Assembly: GCA_965228735.1 (NCBI GenBank)
Contig: OZ245838.1
Location: 5,344,001-5,408,000 of the forward strand
Direction of reading: 5' to 3'
From: Planctomycetota bacterium
GTDB lineage: Bacteria; Planctomycetota; UBA1135; UBA2386
Length of the DNA stretch: 64,000 nucleotides
The notes below the pieces were generated by a model that saw only the letters and a list, made by a program, of their open reading frames with translations, ran no database searches and was not told the origin of the DNA. How positions within the stretch are numbered: position 1 is the first letter of the stretch; each line of letters begins with the position of its first letter. The position numbers were made by a program, and so were the translations under genes. Of the stretch, positions 33,735-44,187 are shown one piece after another.

Positions 33735-33930
33735 GTGCGCTCTGCTGCCTCCGAATCCGGCTCGTGGCGGCGCCGTCGGTTGCCCGTTTTTTCGGCGGGC
33801 CGCGCATTGGTTACGATCCGGGCCTCCCGGGCCGAGCCGACGTACTGCCCTCGAACCTCTCGGACGGGTTCCTCGTAGAAGCTGAATCAGAACACCTGAG
33901 AGCGGTCTCCCGCGCGAGTCGGGAGCGCAC
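33735..33930. ncRNA. Candidate structured ncRNA, possibly 6S-like
   Basis: Terminal 8-bp inverted repeat gtgcgctc/gagcgcac, inner stem cgtcgg/ccgacg, hairpins gaacc..ggttc, ccggg/cccgg and gcccg/cgggc; non-coding gap. Confidence 0.4.
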
Positions 33931-33954
33931 CCCGAAACCACCGTACGCTTTCCC

Positions 33955-34968
33955 ATGTTGGTCACCGAGATCGCCGCGCACCTGTCGGGTCAGCTCGTCG
34001 GCGACGAGAGCATCGCCGTCACCGGTGTGGCACCGATCCACGATGCCACGGCGAACGACATCACCTTCGCCGTGACCGCCGATCGCGTGGCGATCGAGGC
34101 GACCCCGGCCGCGTGTGTGCTCGTTCCGCGCACTCCCGAGTTTGCCACCGGCCGCTGCGTAATACGGGTCGACGACCCGCGGCTGGCGTTCGCGCGGCTG
34201 ACGGCCCTCATGTTTCCGAGGTCGAGGCGACCCGCGGAGGTGCACCCGACTGCTGTCGTTCATCCGACTGCCACGTTGGGTCACGACATCGCGATCGGGC
34301 CGTATTGCGTCGTCGGAGCGGAAGCCGTCTTGGGCGATGGTGTCACTCTGGGGGCTCGCGTGTCCGTGCACGAGGGCGTCCGAATCGGTGCGCGCACGAC
34401 CGTTGGTGACGGGGCCGTGCTCGGCGGCGATGGGTTCGGCTTCCTGCCGAACGGTCGCGAGTACGAAGCGGTCCCGCACGTCGGCACGCTCGAGATCGGC
34501 GAGGACGTTTCGATCGGCGCCAACGCCACGATCGATCGCGGCACGCTCGGCGCTACCCGGATCGGGCGCGGTTGCAAGATCGACAACCTCGTGCACGTGG
34601 CTCACAACTGCGTGATCGGCGAACACGCGATCCTCGCGGCGCAGACCGGCCTCGCGGGTGGCGCGCAGGTCGGGGACTGGGCGGTGGTGGGCGGTCAGGT
34701 CGGCGTCGGCAACAACGCGCGGATCGGCGACAAGGCCCGGGTCGGCGGTGGCTCGGCGGTGCTGTCGGGCAAGCACGTGTCGCCCGGCGCCACGGTCTGG
34801 GGTGTGCCGGCGCGGCCGCTCAAGCGGCACCTGCACAACCAGGCCGAGCTCAACCGGCTCGAGCAGCTGCGCGCCGAGGTTCGGGAGCTCGGTGCCGAGC
34901 TTGCGAAGCTACGCTCGCGCCAGGGTGAGGACTCGAGTCGCCGCTTCGCTGGCGGCTGTCCCGAGTAG
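33955..34968 (+). CDS. lpxD: UDP-3-O-(3-hydroxyacyl)glucosamine N-acyltransferase
   Basis: Hexapeptide repeats, GGDGFGF, TIDRGT and KIDNLVHVAHN. Confidence 0.9.
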   Translation: MLVTEIAAHLSGQLVGDESIAVTGVAPIHDATANDITFAVTADRVAIEATPAACVLVPRTPEFATGRCVIRVDDPRLAFARLTALMFPRSRRPAEVHPTAVVHPTATLGHDIAIGPYCVVGAEAVLGDGVTLGARVSVHEGVRIGARTTVGDGAVLGGDGFGFLPNGREYEAVPHVGTLEIGEDVSIGANATIDRGTLGATRIGRGCKIDNLVHVAHNCVIGEHAILAAQTGLAGGAQVGDWAVVGGQVGVGNNARIGDKARVGGGSAVLSGKHVSPGATVWGVPARPLKRHLHNQAELNRLEQLRAEVRELGAELAKLRSRQGEDSSRRFAGGCPE

Positions 34969-35001
34969 TCGCGTCGGGCGCGGCCTCGCAGTGCCGGCGG
35001 C

Positions 35002-36384
35002 CTAGTCCTTCGCGGGGTCGAAACGCGTTGCGGCGACCTTGCCGCGCGGGCGGGCGTTGGCGGTGATCTCCGCGTCGAGCTCGTTCGCGAGGGCGGTCAA
35101 CTCCGTGACGAGCTCGGGCTCCTGCTGGCGGCGATCCCACTGCTCGGACACGTCGTGCTCGACGTCGAACAGGCCGTGCTCGAAGACGAGCTTCCAGCGG
35201 CCGCGGCGCACGCCGGCGAGCTTCCCGCGGGCCGTGTAATAGACGAACGCGCGGGTCGGTGACCGCGCTTCGGGTTCGCCGCGCAGCAGCGCGCCGATGT
35301 CATGGCCGTCGATCTGCGGCAGCGCTTCGACGTCGCTCGCGTCGGCGTCGCTGCTGAATGCGGCGATGGTCGGCAACACGTCCATCGAAGTCGCGACCTC
35401 GGTGCAGACCGCGCCGGCGGGAATCGTGCCGGGCCAGCTGGCGATGCACGGGACGCGTTGGCCGCCTTCCCAGTTGGAGCCCTTGCCGCCGCGGAGCAAG
35501 CCGGCGGAGCCGCCATTGAGTTTGAACGGGAGCCACGGACCGTTGTCCGAGAGGAAGATCACGAGCGTGTGTTGTGTGAGGCCGAGTCGTTCGACCGCGT
35601 CGACGAGCCGGCCGACGCCGTGATCGATCTCTTCGATGACGTCGCCGTAGAGACCGCGTTTGCTCGTGCCCTCGAACTCCTTCGACGCGTAGATCGGGAT
35701 GTGCGGCATCGAGTACGGCACGTAGCAGAAGAACGGTCGCTCCGCGTTCTGCTCGATGAAGTCGACGGCGGCGTCGGTCGTCCGCTTCGTCAGGAGGTGC
35801 TGGTCGGGTTCCCACTCCGTGACTTCGCCGTCCTCCATCCACGGCAGCCGGAAGCGATACTTCGCGTTCTGCTTGCGATGGAACTGCGCCATGTCGTTCG
35901 AGTACGGCACGCCGGCGAAGCGGTCGAAACCCTGATCGAGCGGCAGCAGTCCGGGGCGATGGCCGAGGTGCCACTTGCCGAACGCGCCGGTGGCGTAGCC
36001 GCGGCCCTTCAGCAGGTCGGCGATCGTCACCTCGTCTTGATGCAGTCCCCAGTCGTCGGGCGGGAAGACGACGTGCCGATGCATTCCGACGCGCTTCGGA
36101 TAGCAGCCCGTCAGCAGCGCGGCGCGCGACGGCGAGCAAACCGGGCACGCGACGTAGAACTGCGTGAGCTTCATGCCGCCCGCGGCGAGCTCGTCGAGAT
36201 GTGGAGTGTGGATCGTCGGGTGGCCGAAGCACGACAGGTCGCCGTAGCCCTGATCGTCGGTCATCACGAGAACGACGTTCGGCGGGCGCTGGGTCTGGGC
36301 CAATGCGTTCGTGACCGTGAGCGATGCCGCGAGAACGAGCGGGGCCAGGGTGGTCCAGGCGAGGCGAGAGGGCGCGCGCGTCAT
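35002..36384 (-). CDS. Arylsulfatase (formylglycine-dependent, S1)
   Basis: PNVVLVMTDDQGYGD, CSPSRAALLTG, GKWHLG and SDNGP. Confidence 0.93.
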   Translation of the reverse strand: MTRAPSRLAWTTLAPLVLAASLTVTNALAQTQRPPNVVLVMTDDQGYGDLSCFGHPTIHTPHLDELAAGGMKLTQFYVACPVCSPSRAALLTGCYPKRVGMHRHVVFPPDDWGLHQDEVTIADLLKGRGYATGAFGKWHLGHRPGLLPLDQGFDRFAGVPYSNDMAQFHRKQNAKYRFRLPWMEDGEVTEWEPDQHLLTKRTTDAAVDFIEQNAERPFFCYVPYSMPHIPIYASKEFEGTSKRGLYGDVIEEIDHGVGRLVDAVERLGLTQHTLVIFLSDNGPWLPFKLNGGSAGLLRGGKGSNWEGGQRVPCIASWPGTIPAGAVCTEVATSMDVLPTIAAFSSDADASDVEALPQIDGHDIGALLRGEPEARSPTRAFVYYTARGKLAGVRRGRWKLVFEHGLFDVEHDVSEQWDRRQQEPELVTELTALANELDAEITANARPRGKVAATRFDPAKD

Positions 36385-36442
36385 GCGCCGATTCAACCAC
36401 ACGGGTTGGAATCTCCGAGCCCGGAAGCAACGATCGTCGCGA

Positions 36443-37066
36443 ATGCTGCTCTCGTTCCAGACCGTTGCCGCGCGCGTTCGGCACGAGCCCGACAAGATCA
36501 AGGGCTCGCGGCACATCGCGACGGTCGTGCCGGTGCGTGACGAGAACGAGATCGCGGCGGCGGTCGCCGAGCCGAAGAAGGAGTTTCACAAGGCCAATCA
36601 TCACGCCTACGCGTGGCGGCTCGGTGCCGGCCGCGAGCGCTTCCACTACAGTGATGACGGCGAGCCGTCCGGGTCGGCGGGCAAGCCGATCCTGCAGCAG
36701 ATCGACCGGCTCGAACTGACGCGCGTGCTGGTCGTCGTCAGCCGGATATTCGGCGGGACCAAGCTCGGCACCGGCGGGCTCGTCCGGGCCTACGGCGGCG
36801 CGGCACAGGCGGCGCTCGAACGGGCCGAGATCGTCGAGCACGTTCTCACGGCGACGATCACCGTGGAGCACGACTACGACCAGGCTGGCACAGTTGCCGG
36901 CGCTCTCCATGCGGCCGGGATCGAGCCGCGGCAGGCGGACTACGGGGAGCGCACGCGCCTCGTGCTCGACGTTCGGGTGGATCGTGCCGGCGCGGTGGCG
37001 GCCGCGTTGCGCGAAGCGACGGGTGGGCGGGCTTCGATCGACGTCGAGATGCCGATGACGGACTGA
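36443..37066 (+). CDS. yigZ: IMPACT/YigZ family protein
   Basis: IKGSRH, ANHHAYAW, DDGEPSGSAG and RIFGGTKLGTGGLVRAY. Confidence 0.9.
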   Translation: MLLSFQTVAARVRHEPDKIKGSRHIATVVPVRDENEIAAAVAEPKKEFHKANHHAYAWRLGAGRERFHYSDDGEPSGSAGKPILQQIDRLELTRVLVVVSRIFGGTKLGTGGLVRAYGGAAQAALERAEIVEHVLTATITVEHDYDQAGTVAGALHAAGIEPRQADYGERTRLVLDVRVDRAGAVAAALREATGGRASIDVEMPMTD

Positions 37067-37143
37067 GCGGCCCGATCTCACGGAGTGCCCGGACGATGAA
37101 CTCGGGTGCATCCCGGCCCACGGGTGTGCGAACATGCCTCCAC

Positions 37144-37848
37144 ATGTCCGAGTTCGAATCCGTTGTTCGCCTGCGCGGCGTGCAGAAGGCCGTCGTCGAG
37201 GGTGGCGCTACTCGGAAAGTGCTCGCGGGCGTCGACCTCGACGTCGCCCCGGCCGAGTCGGTGGCGATCCTCGGTCGCAGCGGTTCGGGCAAGTCGACGT
37301 TGCTCAACCTGATCGCGGGGATCGATGAAGCCGATGGCGGCGAGATCCTGGTGGACGGCGTCGACGTTCGTCGCGCCGACGAGCGGGCGCGAGCCGAGCT
37401 GCGGACCCGTCAGTTCGGCTTCGTCTTCCAGTCGTTCCACCTGCTGCCGACGCTGACGGTCGTGGAGAACGTGGCGCTGCCCCTGGAGCTTTCGGGCTTC
37501 GCCGGGCGCGAGGCGGAAGCTCGGTCGATGGCGGTGCTCGAGCGCGTCGGCCTCGCCGACCGTGCGGGCGCATGGCCCGAGGTGCTGTCGGGCGGTGAGC
37601 AGCAGCGCGCCGCCGTCGCGCGGGCGATCGCGGCCCGCCCTGCCGTGCTGCTGTGCGACGAACCGACCGGCAACCTGGACGACGCCGCTGCGGGGCTCGT
37701 GCTCGACCTGATCCGTGACGTGCGTCGCGAACAATGCTGCGCGGTCGTGCTCGTGACGCACAGTCGGCGCGCGGCGGCGATCTGCGACCGTCAGCTGTGG
37801 CTCGAGGCCGGCGTGTTGCAGAGTGAACGTTCGGAGACGCACGTTTGA
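37144..37848 (+). CDS. ABC transporter ATP-binding protein (LolD/MacB type)
   Basis: Walker A GRSGSGKST, LSGGEQQR and DEPTGNLD. Confidence 0.93.
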   Translation: MSEFESVVRLRGVQKAVVEGGATRKVLAGVDLDVAPAESVAILGRSGSGKSTLLNLIAGIDEADGGEILVDGVDVRRADERARAELRTRQFGFVFQSFHLLPTLTVVENVALPLELSGFAGREAEARSMAVLERVGLADRAGAWPEVLSGGEQQRAAVARAIAARPAVLLCDEPTGNLDDAAAGLVLDLIRDVRREQCCAVVLVTHSRRAAAICDRQLWLEAGVLQSERSETHV

Positions 37849-40430
37849 GATTGCTGCTTCGGCAAGGGCTGCGGCATCACCGCCGGCACCCGTTGCAGAC
37901 GATCCTCACTCTGCTCGGCATCGCGGCGGGGGTCGCGTTGCTCGCGGCGATGCGGCTCAGTCAGAGCACGGCGGAGCGCGCGTTCGACCGCGCGGTGGAG
38001 GCTGTCGCGGGTACGGCGACGCACGTGATCCGGGGTGGTCCCGACGGCCTGCCGGCCAGCAGCTACGCCGCGGTTCGCCGGCAACTCGGCGGTCGCGGCG
38101 TGGCGCCGTCCGTGCACGCGATCGCGCGGATGCCGCAGCGCGCCGAGGGCGCCGTGCTGCGTGTGCTCGGCATCGATCCGTTCGGCGACGTCGAGTTGCG
38201 CCCGTGGTCCGGACCGCGCGCGCAGGACGTGCCGTTCGGCAGGCTCGTCACCGAGCCGGGCACGTTCGTCGCGACGCCCGATCTGCTCGAGCGGCTTGCG
38301 ATCGAGGTCGGCAGCGATGTTCGGATCACGGTCGGCGGCCGCCCGCGCGTGGCGCGCTGCATCGGCGCGATCCGGCCGCCGCGGCAGGTGGCGGCGGGGC
38401 TCGCGGACACGCTCGTCGTCGACATCGCGACCGCGCAGGAGTGGATCGACGCGCCGGGGCGGATCGACCGCCTCGACCTCCACCTCGCCGTGAACGAACT
38501 ACCGCGCGGACTGACCGTCGAACGCGCGGCCGAACTCGCGCTCGCCGAGGCGTCGCGCGGCGGGCTCGCGCGCATCGAGACGACGGGGCAGGGGCAGCGC
38601 AGTCTCACGCAGTTGACGGAAGGGTTCCGCATCAATGTCACGGCGCTCAGCCTGCTGTCGCTGCTCGTGGGCGCGTTCCTCGTGCACGAGACGATGCGCC
38701 TGTCCGTGGTCGCGCGGCGGGCGTCGTTCGGCGTCCTGCGGGCCCTCGGCGCTCGCGGGCGGGCGCTCGGCCTCGGTGTGGCGCTCGAGGCCATCGTGCT
38801 CGGCGCGATCGGCAGCGTCATCGGCGGGGCCCTCGGAATCCTCGCTGCGCAGCAACTGCTGACGCCGATCGTCCGAACGTTGAACGACCACTACGCGACG
38901 TTCGCGTTGCCCCAACTCGAGGTCGACCCGTGGCAGCTCATCGTCGCGATCCTGGCCGGCATCGCGGTCACGCTCGTCGCCGCGCTCGGGCCGGCCATCG
39001 CGGCATCGCGGGTCTCGCCGCGGGAAGTGCTCGTGACGGCCGCACCGGCCCGCGGTTCGGGCGCGGTGGCGTGGCGCTGGTGGTGGAGTCTACCCCCGGC
39101 CGTCATCGGAGCCGCGCTCCTCGCGACCGTCGGTGATCGGTTGGTGCAGGGTTACTTCGGCATGCTCGGCGTGCTCGTGGCCGCGGTGCTGCTCATGCCG
39201 TTCCTCATGGGGCTCCTTCTGCGCGCGATCGGCGCGGTGCTCGCGCGGTTCGGCCCCTTCGCGCGTTACATCGTGCGCAGCACCGCTGCCGCCCGCAGTC
39301 ACCTCGCGTTGCCGGTCGCAGCGATGGTTCTCGCGGTCGCGACGACGATCGGAATGGCGGTGCTCGTGACGAGCTTTCGCGGCAGTGTCGCGAGCTGGCT
39401 CGGGCAGGTGCTGCCCGGTGACGTATACGTCTCCGTTCCCGGGGGCGTCGACGAACGTGGCCAGGCGATCGACGAGGCGGTTGTGACAGCGCTCACCGAG
39501 AACGCGGCGGTCGCGGATGCGACGCTGTACTACCGGGGCCGGTTCGAGCTGCGGAGCGGCGAGCACGGCGGCGAGATCGAGCTCGTGGGACTGCGGGCGA
39601 CCGCGGCGTTCCGGGAGTCGTGGCCGCTGCTCGCCGGTGACCGCGGCAGGCTCGGCGCGGGCGATCCCGCGGCCGTGGCCTGGGTCAGCGAGCCGCTCGC
39701 GTTTCGTTGGGGGCTGCAGATCGGCGACCCGCTGACCGTCGTGGCGCCGTTGCGATCGGCAGAGCTGCGGGTCGCGGCCATCTACCGCGACTATGCGAAC
39801 GAAGGGGGCGAGGTGCTCGTCGATGCGGCGTGGCTCGCGGGGGTGTCGAACGTGGGATGCACGGCGATCGGCCTCGAGCTCCGGCCCGACAACACTGTCG
39901 GGGACGCGCTCGAGTCGACCGTCGAGGGTCTGCGAGCCGCGGTCACCGGCGCGTCGGATCAGGCCGTGCTCGTGCGATCCCAGCGCGAACTGCGGCGCAC
40001 GTCACTCGCGATCTTCGACCGCACGTTCGCGATCACGGGCGTGATGCGGTTGCTCTGTCTCGCCGTCGCGTTCTTCGGCATCTACTCGGCGTTCGCCGCG
40101 TTGCAGTTCGAGCGTGCTCGCGAAGTCGGCTTGCTGCGATGCCTCGGCGCCAGGCCGTCGCGGATCGGCGTCGTCGTGATCGGGCAGACGATCGTGCTCG
40201 GTGTCGTCGCCGCCGTGCTCGCGATCCCGCTCGGCGTGCTCATCGGGCAACTGCTCGCGCACGTGATCAACCGCGTGTCCTTCGGCTGGTCGCTCGTCGA
40301 GGTCACCGTTCCCGGGAGTGCGCTGCTCGAGGCGTCGTTGCTCGCGGTCGCGGCGGCGCTGCTCGCCGGCGTGTGGCCCGCCATCCGATTCGCCGGCATG
40401 CGGCCGGCCAACGCCCTGCGCGAAGGTTGA
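37845..40430 (+). CDS. FtsX-like ABC permease (double repeat)
   Basis: TTG start overlapping the upstream stop; two FtsX-type TM clusters (LRALGA, LRCLGA). Confidence 0.88.
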   Translation: MRLLLRQGLRHHRRHPLQTILTLLGIAAGVALLAAMRLSQSTAERAFDRAVEAVAGTATHVIRGGPDGLPASSYAAVRRQLGGRGVAPSVHAIARMPQRAEGAVLRVLGIDPFGDVELRPWSGPRAQDVPFGRLVTEPGTFVATPDLLERLAIEVGSDVRITVGGRPRVARCIGAIRPPRQVAAGLADTLVVDIATAQEWIDAPGRIDRLDLHLAVNELPRGLTVERAAELALAEASRGGLARIETTGQGQRSLTQLTEGFRINVTALSLLSLLVGAFLVHETMRLSVVARRASFGVLRALGARGRALGLGVALEAIVLGAIGSVIGGALGILAAQQLLTPIVRTLNDHYATFALPQLEVDPWQLIVAILAGIAVTLVAALGPAIAASRVSPREVLVTAAPARGSGAVAWRWWWSLPPAVIGAALLATVGDRLVQGYFGMLGVLVAAVLLMPFLMGLLLRAIGAVLARFGPFARYIVRSTAAARSHLALPVAAMVLAVATTIGMAVLVTSFRGSVASWLGQVLPGDVYVSVPGGVDERGQAIDEAVVTALTENAAVADATLYYRGRFELRSGEHGGEIELVGLRATAAFRESWPLLAGDRGRLGAGDPAAVAWVSEPLAFRWGLQIGDPLTVVAPLRSAELRVAAIYRDYANEGGEVLVDAAWLAGVSNVGCTAIGLELRPDNTVGDALESTVEGLRAAVTGASDQAVLVRSQRELRRTSLAIFDRTFAITGVMRLLCLAVAFFGIYSAFAALQFERAREVGLLRCLGARPSRIGVVVIGQTIVLGVVAAVLAIPLGVLIGQLLAHVINRVSFGWSLVEVTVPGSALLEASLLAVAAALLAGVWPAIRFAGMRPANALREG

Positions 40431-40434
40431 TGCG

Positions 40435-41595
40435 ATGCGTTCGATTCTCACGGTTCTGATCGCGACCGTTCTTGCCGCGTGCTCGGAAGGAGCCGGTGAC
40501 GCTTCGGCGCGCGGGTCGATCGGCGTCGCCGACGCCATGGGCAGTGGGGACTCCGACACCGGGGGCTACGCTCGGGCCGTCGATCCGCCCGAGCTGCGGT
40601 TCCCGCGCGACCACGCGGCGCACCCGGAGTTCCGCACCGAGTGGTGGTACGTGACGGCCAACGTCGACACGCCGTCCGGCCGGCGCTTCGGCGTGCTGCT
40701 CGTGTTCTTTCGTCAGGCGCTGGCGCCGATGGTCGCGCCGCGTGAATCGACGTTCGCGACGCGTGACATGATGCTGGCGCACGCCGCGGTCGCCGACATC
40801 GACGGCAAGAGGTTCCACCACGCCGAACGCCTCGCGCGCGCGGCCGGTGGGCTCGGCGGTGTGAACGGCGGCGACGGCGGTCTCGTTTCGATCGTCTGCG
40901 CCGACTGGAGCGGCAGGGTCGATCCCGAGGGCGACGGTCTCCTGCCGCTCGAGCTGTCGGCGAGTGATCGCGAGTTCGCGTTCGAGCTGCGCGTCGAAAC
41001 GGGCAAGCCGCTCGTGCTCCAGGGCGACCGCGGTCTGAGTCAGAAGAGCGCCGAGCGCGGCAACGCGTCGATCTACTACTCCTGCACGCGCGTTCCGATC
41101 GCCGGGCGCATCGAAGTCGAAGGCGTTCGGCACGACGTGGAGGGGCTCGGTTGGATCGACCGCGAGTGGAGCACGTCGGCGCTCGGCGCGGAGCAGGTCG
41201 GGTGGGACTGGTTCTCCCTGCAGCTGGACGACGACACCGAGGTCATGTGGTACAGCCTGCGTCGGCAGGACGGCAGCGTCGACCCGTGGAGCCGCGGTTG
41301 TTTCGTCCGGGCCGACGGCAGCGCCGTCCGGCTGGATCCTGCGGCCGTGCGCGCGACACCGAACGGGCAGTGGCGGGCGCCCGACGGTGGCGCGACGTAT
41401 CCCGCCGGTTGGCGCCTGACCTGCGCGCAGCCCGAGTTCGATCTCGAGGTCACGCCGCTCCTGGCCGATCAGGAACTGCACGCGCTCGTGCGCTACTGGG
41501 AGGGCGCGGTCGGCGTGCGCGGGACGAGCCGCGGGCGAGCGGTGCAAGGACGCGGCTACCTCGAGATGACGGGCTACGCGACGACGGAGCGGTGA
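40435..41595 (+). CDS. AttH/CrtC-like lipocalin-fold lipoprotein
   Basis: LAAC lipobox, FPRDHAAHPEFRTEWWY, WIDREWS, GWDWFSLQL, YWEG and GYLEMTGY. Confidence 0.88.
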   Translation: MRSILTVLIATVLAACSEGAGDASARGSIGVADAMGSGDSDTGGYARAVDPPELRFPRDHAAHPEFRTEWWYVTANVDTPSGRRFGVLLVFFRQALAPMVAPRESTFATRDMMLAHAAVADIDGKRFHHAERLARAAGGLGGVNGGDGGLVSIVCADWSGRVDPEGDGLLPLELSASDREFAFELRVETGKPLVLQGDRGLSQKSAERGNASIYYSCTRVPIAGRIEVEGVRHDVEGLGWIDREWSTSALGAEQVGWDWFSLQLDDDTEVMWYSLRRQDGSVDPWSRGCFVRADGSAVRLDPAAVRATPNGQWRAPDGGATYPAGWRLTCAQPEFDLEVTPLLADQELHALVRYWEGAVGVRGTSRGRAVQGRGYLEMTGYATTER

Positions 41596-41630
41596 CGGCG
41601 CCTCTTGGACCCGTATGCTCCCGCGCAACG

Positions 41631-42590
41631 ATGACGACCGCAGCGCTCCGCGTCCTGTTCGCGACCTCGTTCCTCGCTCTGCTCGGTGGTTGCGCCGGCG
41701 TCGCGGATCATGCGCCGCCCCGTGAGGGGCCGCTGCTGATCACGACCTGGCCGTTCGGGAAGATCGCGAACGAGCACGCGCTGCAGAACCTCGCGGCCGG
41801 CGGTTCGCGACTCGATGCCGTCGAGGCCGGCATCCGCGAGATCGAGCGCCGCAGTTCGGACCGTTCGGTCGGCATCGAGGGGCGGCCCAACGCCGCGGGC
41901 TACCCGCAGCTCGACGCCTGCATCATGGACGGGCCCGGTCACAAGGCCGGTAGCGTCGCCGGCACCGAGGGCATCGTGCATCCGATCAGCGCCGCCCGCG
42001 CAGTGATGGAGCACTGCCGCCACGTGATGCTCGTCGGTGAGGGGGCGCGCTGGTTCGCGCTCGAGCACGGCGTCGAGTCGATCGCGATCGACGATTGGCA
42101 ACCGCTCAAGGACAAGTGGGCGGCGGGCGAACGGCCCGAGCCCGCGGACAAGGCGGGCCACGACACCGTCACGCTGCTGCTGCGCGACGAGAACGGTGAC
42201 ATCGCGGGCGGCTGCTCGACGAGTGGTGCTGGCGGCAAGCTGCCGGGTCGCGTCGGCGACTCGCCGATCCTCGGGGCCGGCCTCTACGTCGACAACGAGG
42301 TCGGGGCGGCCGGGGCGACGGGCCTCGGCGAGAACGTCATGCGCCACTGCGGCGCGTTCCTCGTCGTCGAGCTCATGCGCCAGGGCATGGCGCCGCAAGC
42401 GGCGTGCGAGGAGGCGGTGCATCGCATCGCCCGGCTCGACCCGCGCGGCTACGACCTGAAGATCTGCTTCATCGCGCTCGACAAGCAGGGGCGCTACGGC
42501 GCCGCCGCGTCGAGCCAGCGCTTTCCGTTCGCCGTTGCGACCAAGGATGGCAACGAACTGTTGCGCGTGGAGCAGGTCACGCCGCGGTAG
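41631..42590 (+). CDS. Asparaginase-2 family Ntn hydrolase (glycosylasparaginase-like)
   Basis: LDACIMDG, HDT autoproteolysis site, GRVGDSPILGAG. Confidence 0.9.
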   Translation: MTTAALRVLFATSFLALLGGCAGVADHAPPREGPLLITTWPFGKIANEHALQNLAAGGSRLDAVEAGIREIERRSSDRSVGIEGRPNAAGYPQLDACIMDGPGHKAGSVAGTEGIVHPISAARAVMEHCRHVMLVGEGARWFALEHGVESIAIDDWQPLKDKWAAGERPEPADKAGHDTVTLLLRDENGDIAGGCSTSGAGGKLPGRVGDSPILGAGLYVDNEVGAAGATGLGENVMRHCGAFLVVELMRQGMAPQAACEEAVHRIARLDPRGYDLKICFIALDKQGRYGAAASSQRFPFAVATKDGNELLRVEQVTPR

Positions 42591-43053
42591 GGGCGATCCG
42601 TGGCTGCTGGTTGAGGAACCGAACCATGTCGCCGACGGTTTCGATCGAGATCGGGTTCCGTTCGCAGCCATCCAGGCTGCGCCAGCAGCGAAACGCGATG
42701 TCCGGCAGGCCCTCTATGTCGAACCACTCCTCGTCAACTCGGTCCGTGGTGTGCGCAGGGTAGCCGAACGCAGCGGTGTAGTACTCGTACGTCGCGCGCA
42801 CGATTCGGGAGTCGATCTGCCGGAGATCGAACGCTCGTGCGAAACTGCAGATCGAATCTGAGCTGCGTTCTGCCTTGGCGCGTCTCGTCCAGCCGAAGAC
42901 GTAATCCGCAAGTAGTCCTGCGCCCGTCAGAGCGAGCAGCAGCACCATGAACGCCAGCCAGATCGGAGCCATGGCGAGGACGAACGCGCTGTGGAAGGGC
43001 AGGGGCGTCGGTGTCGGGGGGCCGGGCCGCAGCTGGCGTGACATAGTGCGCAT
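42577..43053 (-). CDS. Hypothetical membrane-anchored protein
   Basis: The only plausible ORF in the gap; N-terminal TM segment; less GC-biased codons. Confidence 0.45.
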   Translation of the reverse strand: MRTMSRQLRPGPPTPTPLPFHSAFVLAMAPIWLAFMVLLLALTGAGLLADYVFGWTRRAKAERSSDSICSFARAFDLRQIDSRIVRATYEYYTAAFGYPAHTTDRVDEEWFDIEGLPDIAFRCWRSLDGCERNPISIETVGDMVRFLNQQPRIAPTAA

Positions 43054-43154
43054 CGCGTCATGTCCTCGAACACGTCTTTATGTGTGGTGCCAGGGTGGGG
43101 CGTCGAGGGTCCGTCGTCGACAATAGCACGATGGTCGAGCACCGCCGTTTCTCC

Positions 43155-44150
43155 ATGGCCGATGAACTCGTGGTTCCGCGTCGGCGCTTCCTCCAACTCG
43201 GCGCGAGCGCCCTGCTACTGCCGCTGGGATCCGGTCTGCGTACGCAGGGCCCGACTGCGACGCCGCGGCAGCCGTTGCGGATCGGCCTGATCGCCGACCT
43301 GCACCACGGCCTTGATCCGCGCGCGCAGGAGCGCATCGAGGACTTCGTCGAAGCGGCGACGGATCGCAAGGCCGACATGATCGTCCAGCTCGGCGACTTC
43401 AACTATTCCGAGCCGAGCAACGCGCCGTGCCTCGACGTGTTCCACTCGTTCGACGGCGAGCGCCACCACGTGCTCGGCAACCACGACATGGACAAGTGCG
43501 GCAAGGAGCACGCGCTCGCGACGTGGCAGATGCGCGCGCGCTACTACAGCTTCGACCGCGACGGGTGGCACTTCGTCGTGCTCGATCGCAATCACGTGAA
43601 GCAGGGCACGAAGTTCTTGCCGTACGACAAGGGCAACTACTTCGGCGCCAAGGGTCATCGCGGGCACGCCGATCAGGAGCAGCTCGAGTGGCTCGCGGAG
43701 GATCTGGCGCGGACGAAGCTGCCGACGATCGTGTTCGTGCATCAGGGTGTCGGCGTCGCCGAGCGGCCGTATCCCAAGGACGATGGCCGCGAAGCCCTCG
43801 AGGCCGTGTTGCGCGCGGCGAACGAGAACGCGAAGAAGGCCGGCGCCGGTGAGAAGGTGGTTGCGTGCTTCTGCGGGCACGAGCACCTCGACCGCCACAA
43901 CGTGCGCGACGGCATCCACTACGTCTGGGTGAACAGCGCCTCGTACTACTGGGTCGGCGGCAAGTACGGCCGCATGGCGCCGTATGCGGAGGCGCTCTAC
44001 GCGTTCGTCGATCTGCACGACGACTGCCTCGTGATTCACGGCCGGAAGTCCGAGTTCGTGGCGCCGACGCCCAAGGAGCGTGGGTTCCCGCGTTGGCGCG
44101 AGTGCTCGGCCGTGCAATCGGATCGTCGATTGAAGCGTAGTTCGGGCTGA
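43155..44150 (+). CDS. Calcineurin-like metallophosphoesterase, Tat signal
   Basis: RRRFLQ, DLHH, LGDF, GNHD and GHEH motifs. Alternative start at 43131. Confidence 0.9.
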   Translation: MADELVVPRRRFLQLGASALLLPLGSGLRTQGPTATPRQPLRIGLIADLHHGLDPRAQERIEDFVEAATDRKADMIVQLGDFNYSEPSNAPCLDVFHSFDGERHHVLGNHDMDKCGKEHALATWQMRARYYSFDRDGWHFVVLDRNHVKQGTKFLPYDKGNYFGAKGHRGHADQEQLEWLAEDLARTKLPTIVFVHQGVGVAERPYPKDDGREALEAVLRAANENAKKAGAGEKVVACFCGHEHLDRHNVRDGIHYVWVNSASYYWVGGKYGRMAPYAEALYAFVDLHDDCLVIHGRKSEFVAPTPKERGFPRWRECSAVQSDRRLKRSSG

Positions 44151-44187
44151 GACGGCGTCGAGCGGTGGCCCGCGCTACGCTGCCCGC

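Noticed and set aside
42577..43053. Horizontally acquired islet (also 6472-7137)
   Set aside because: Slightly atypical composition by eye only; no mobility genes or flanking repeats, and I could not quantify it.
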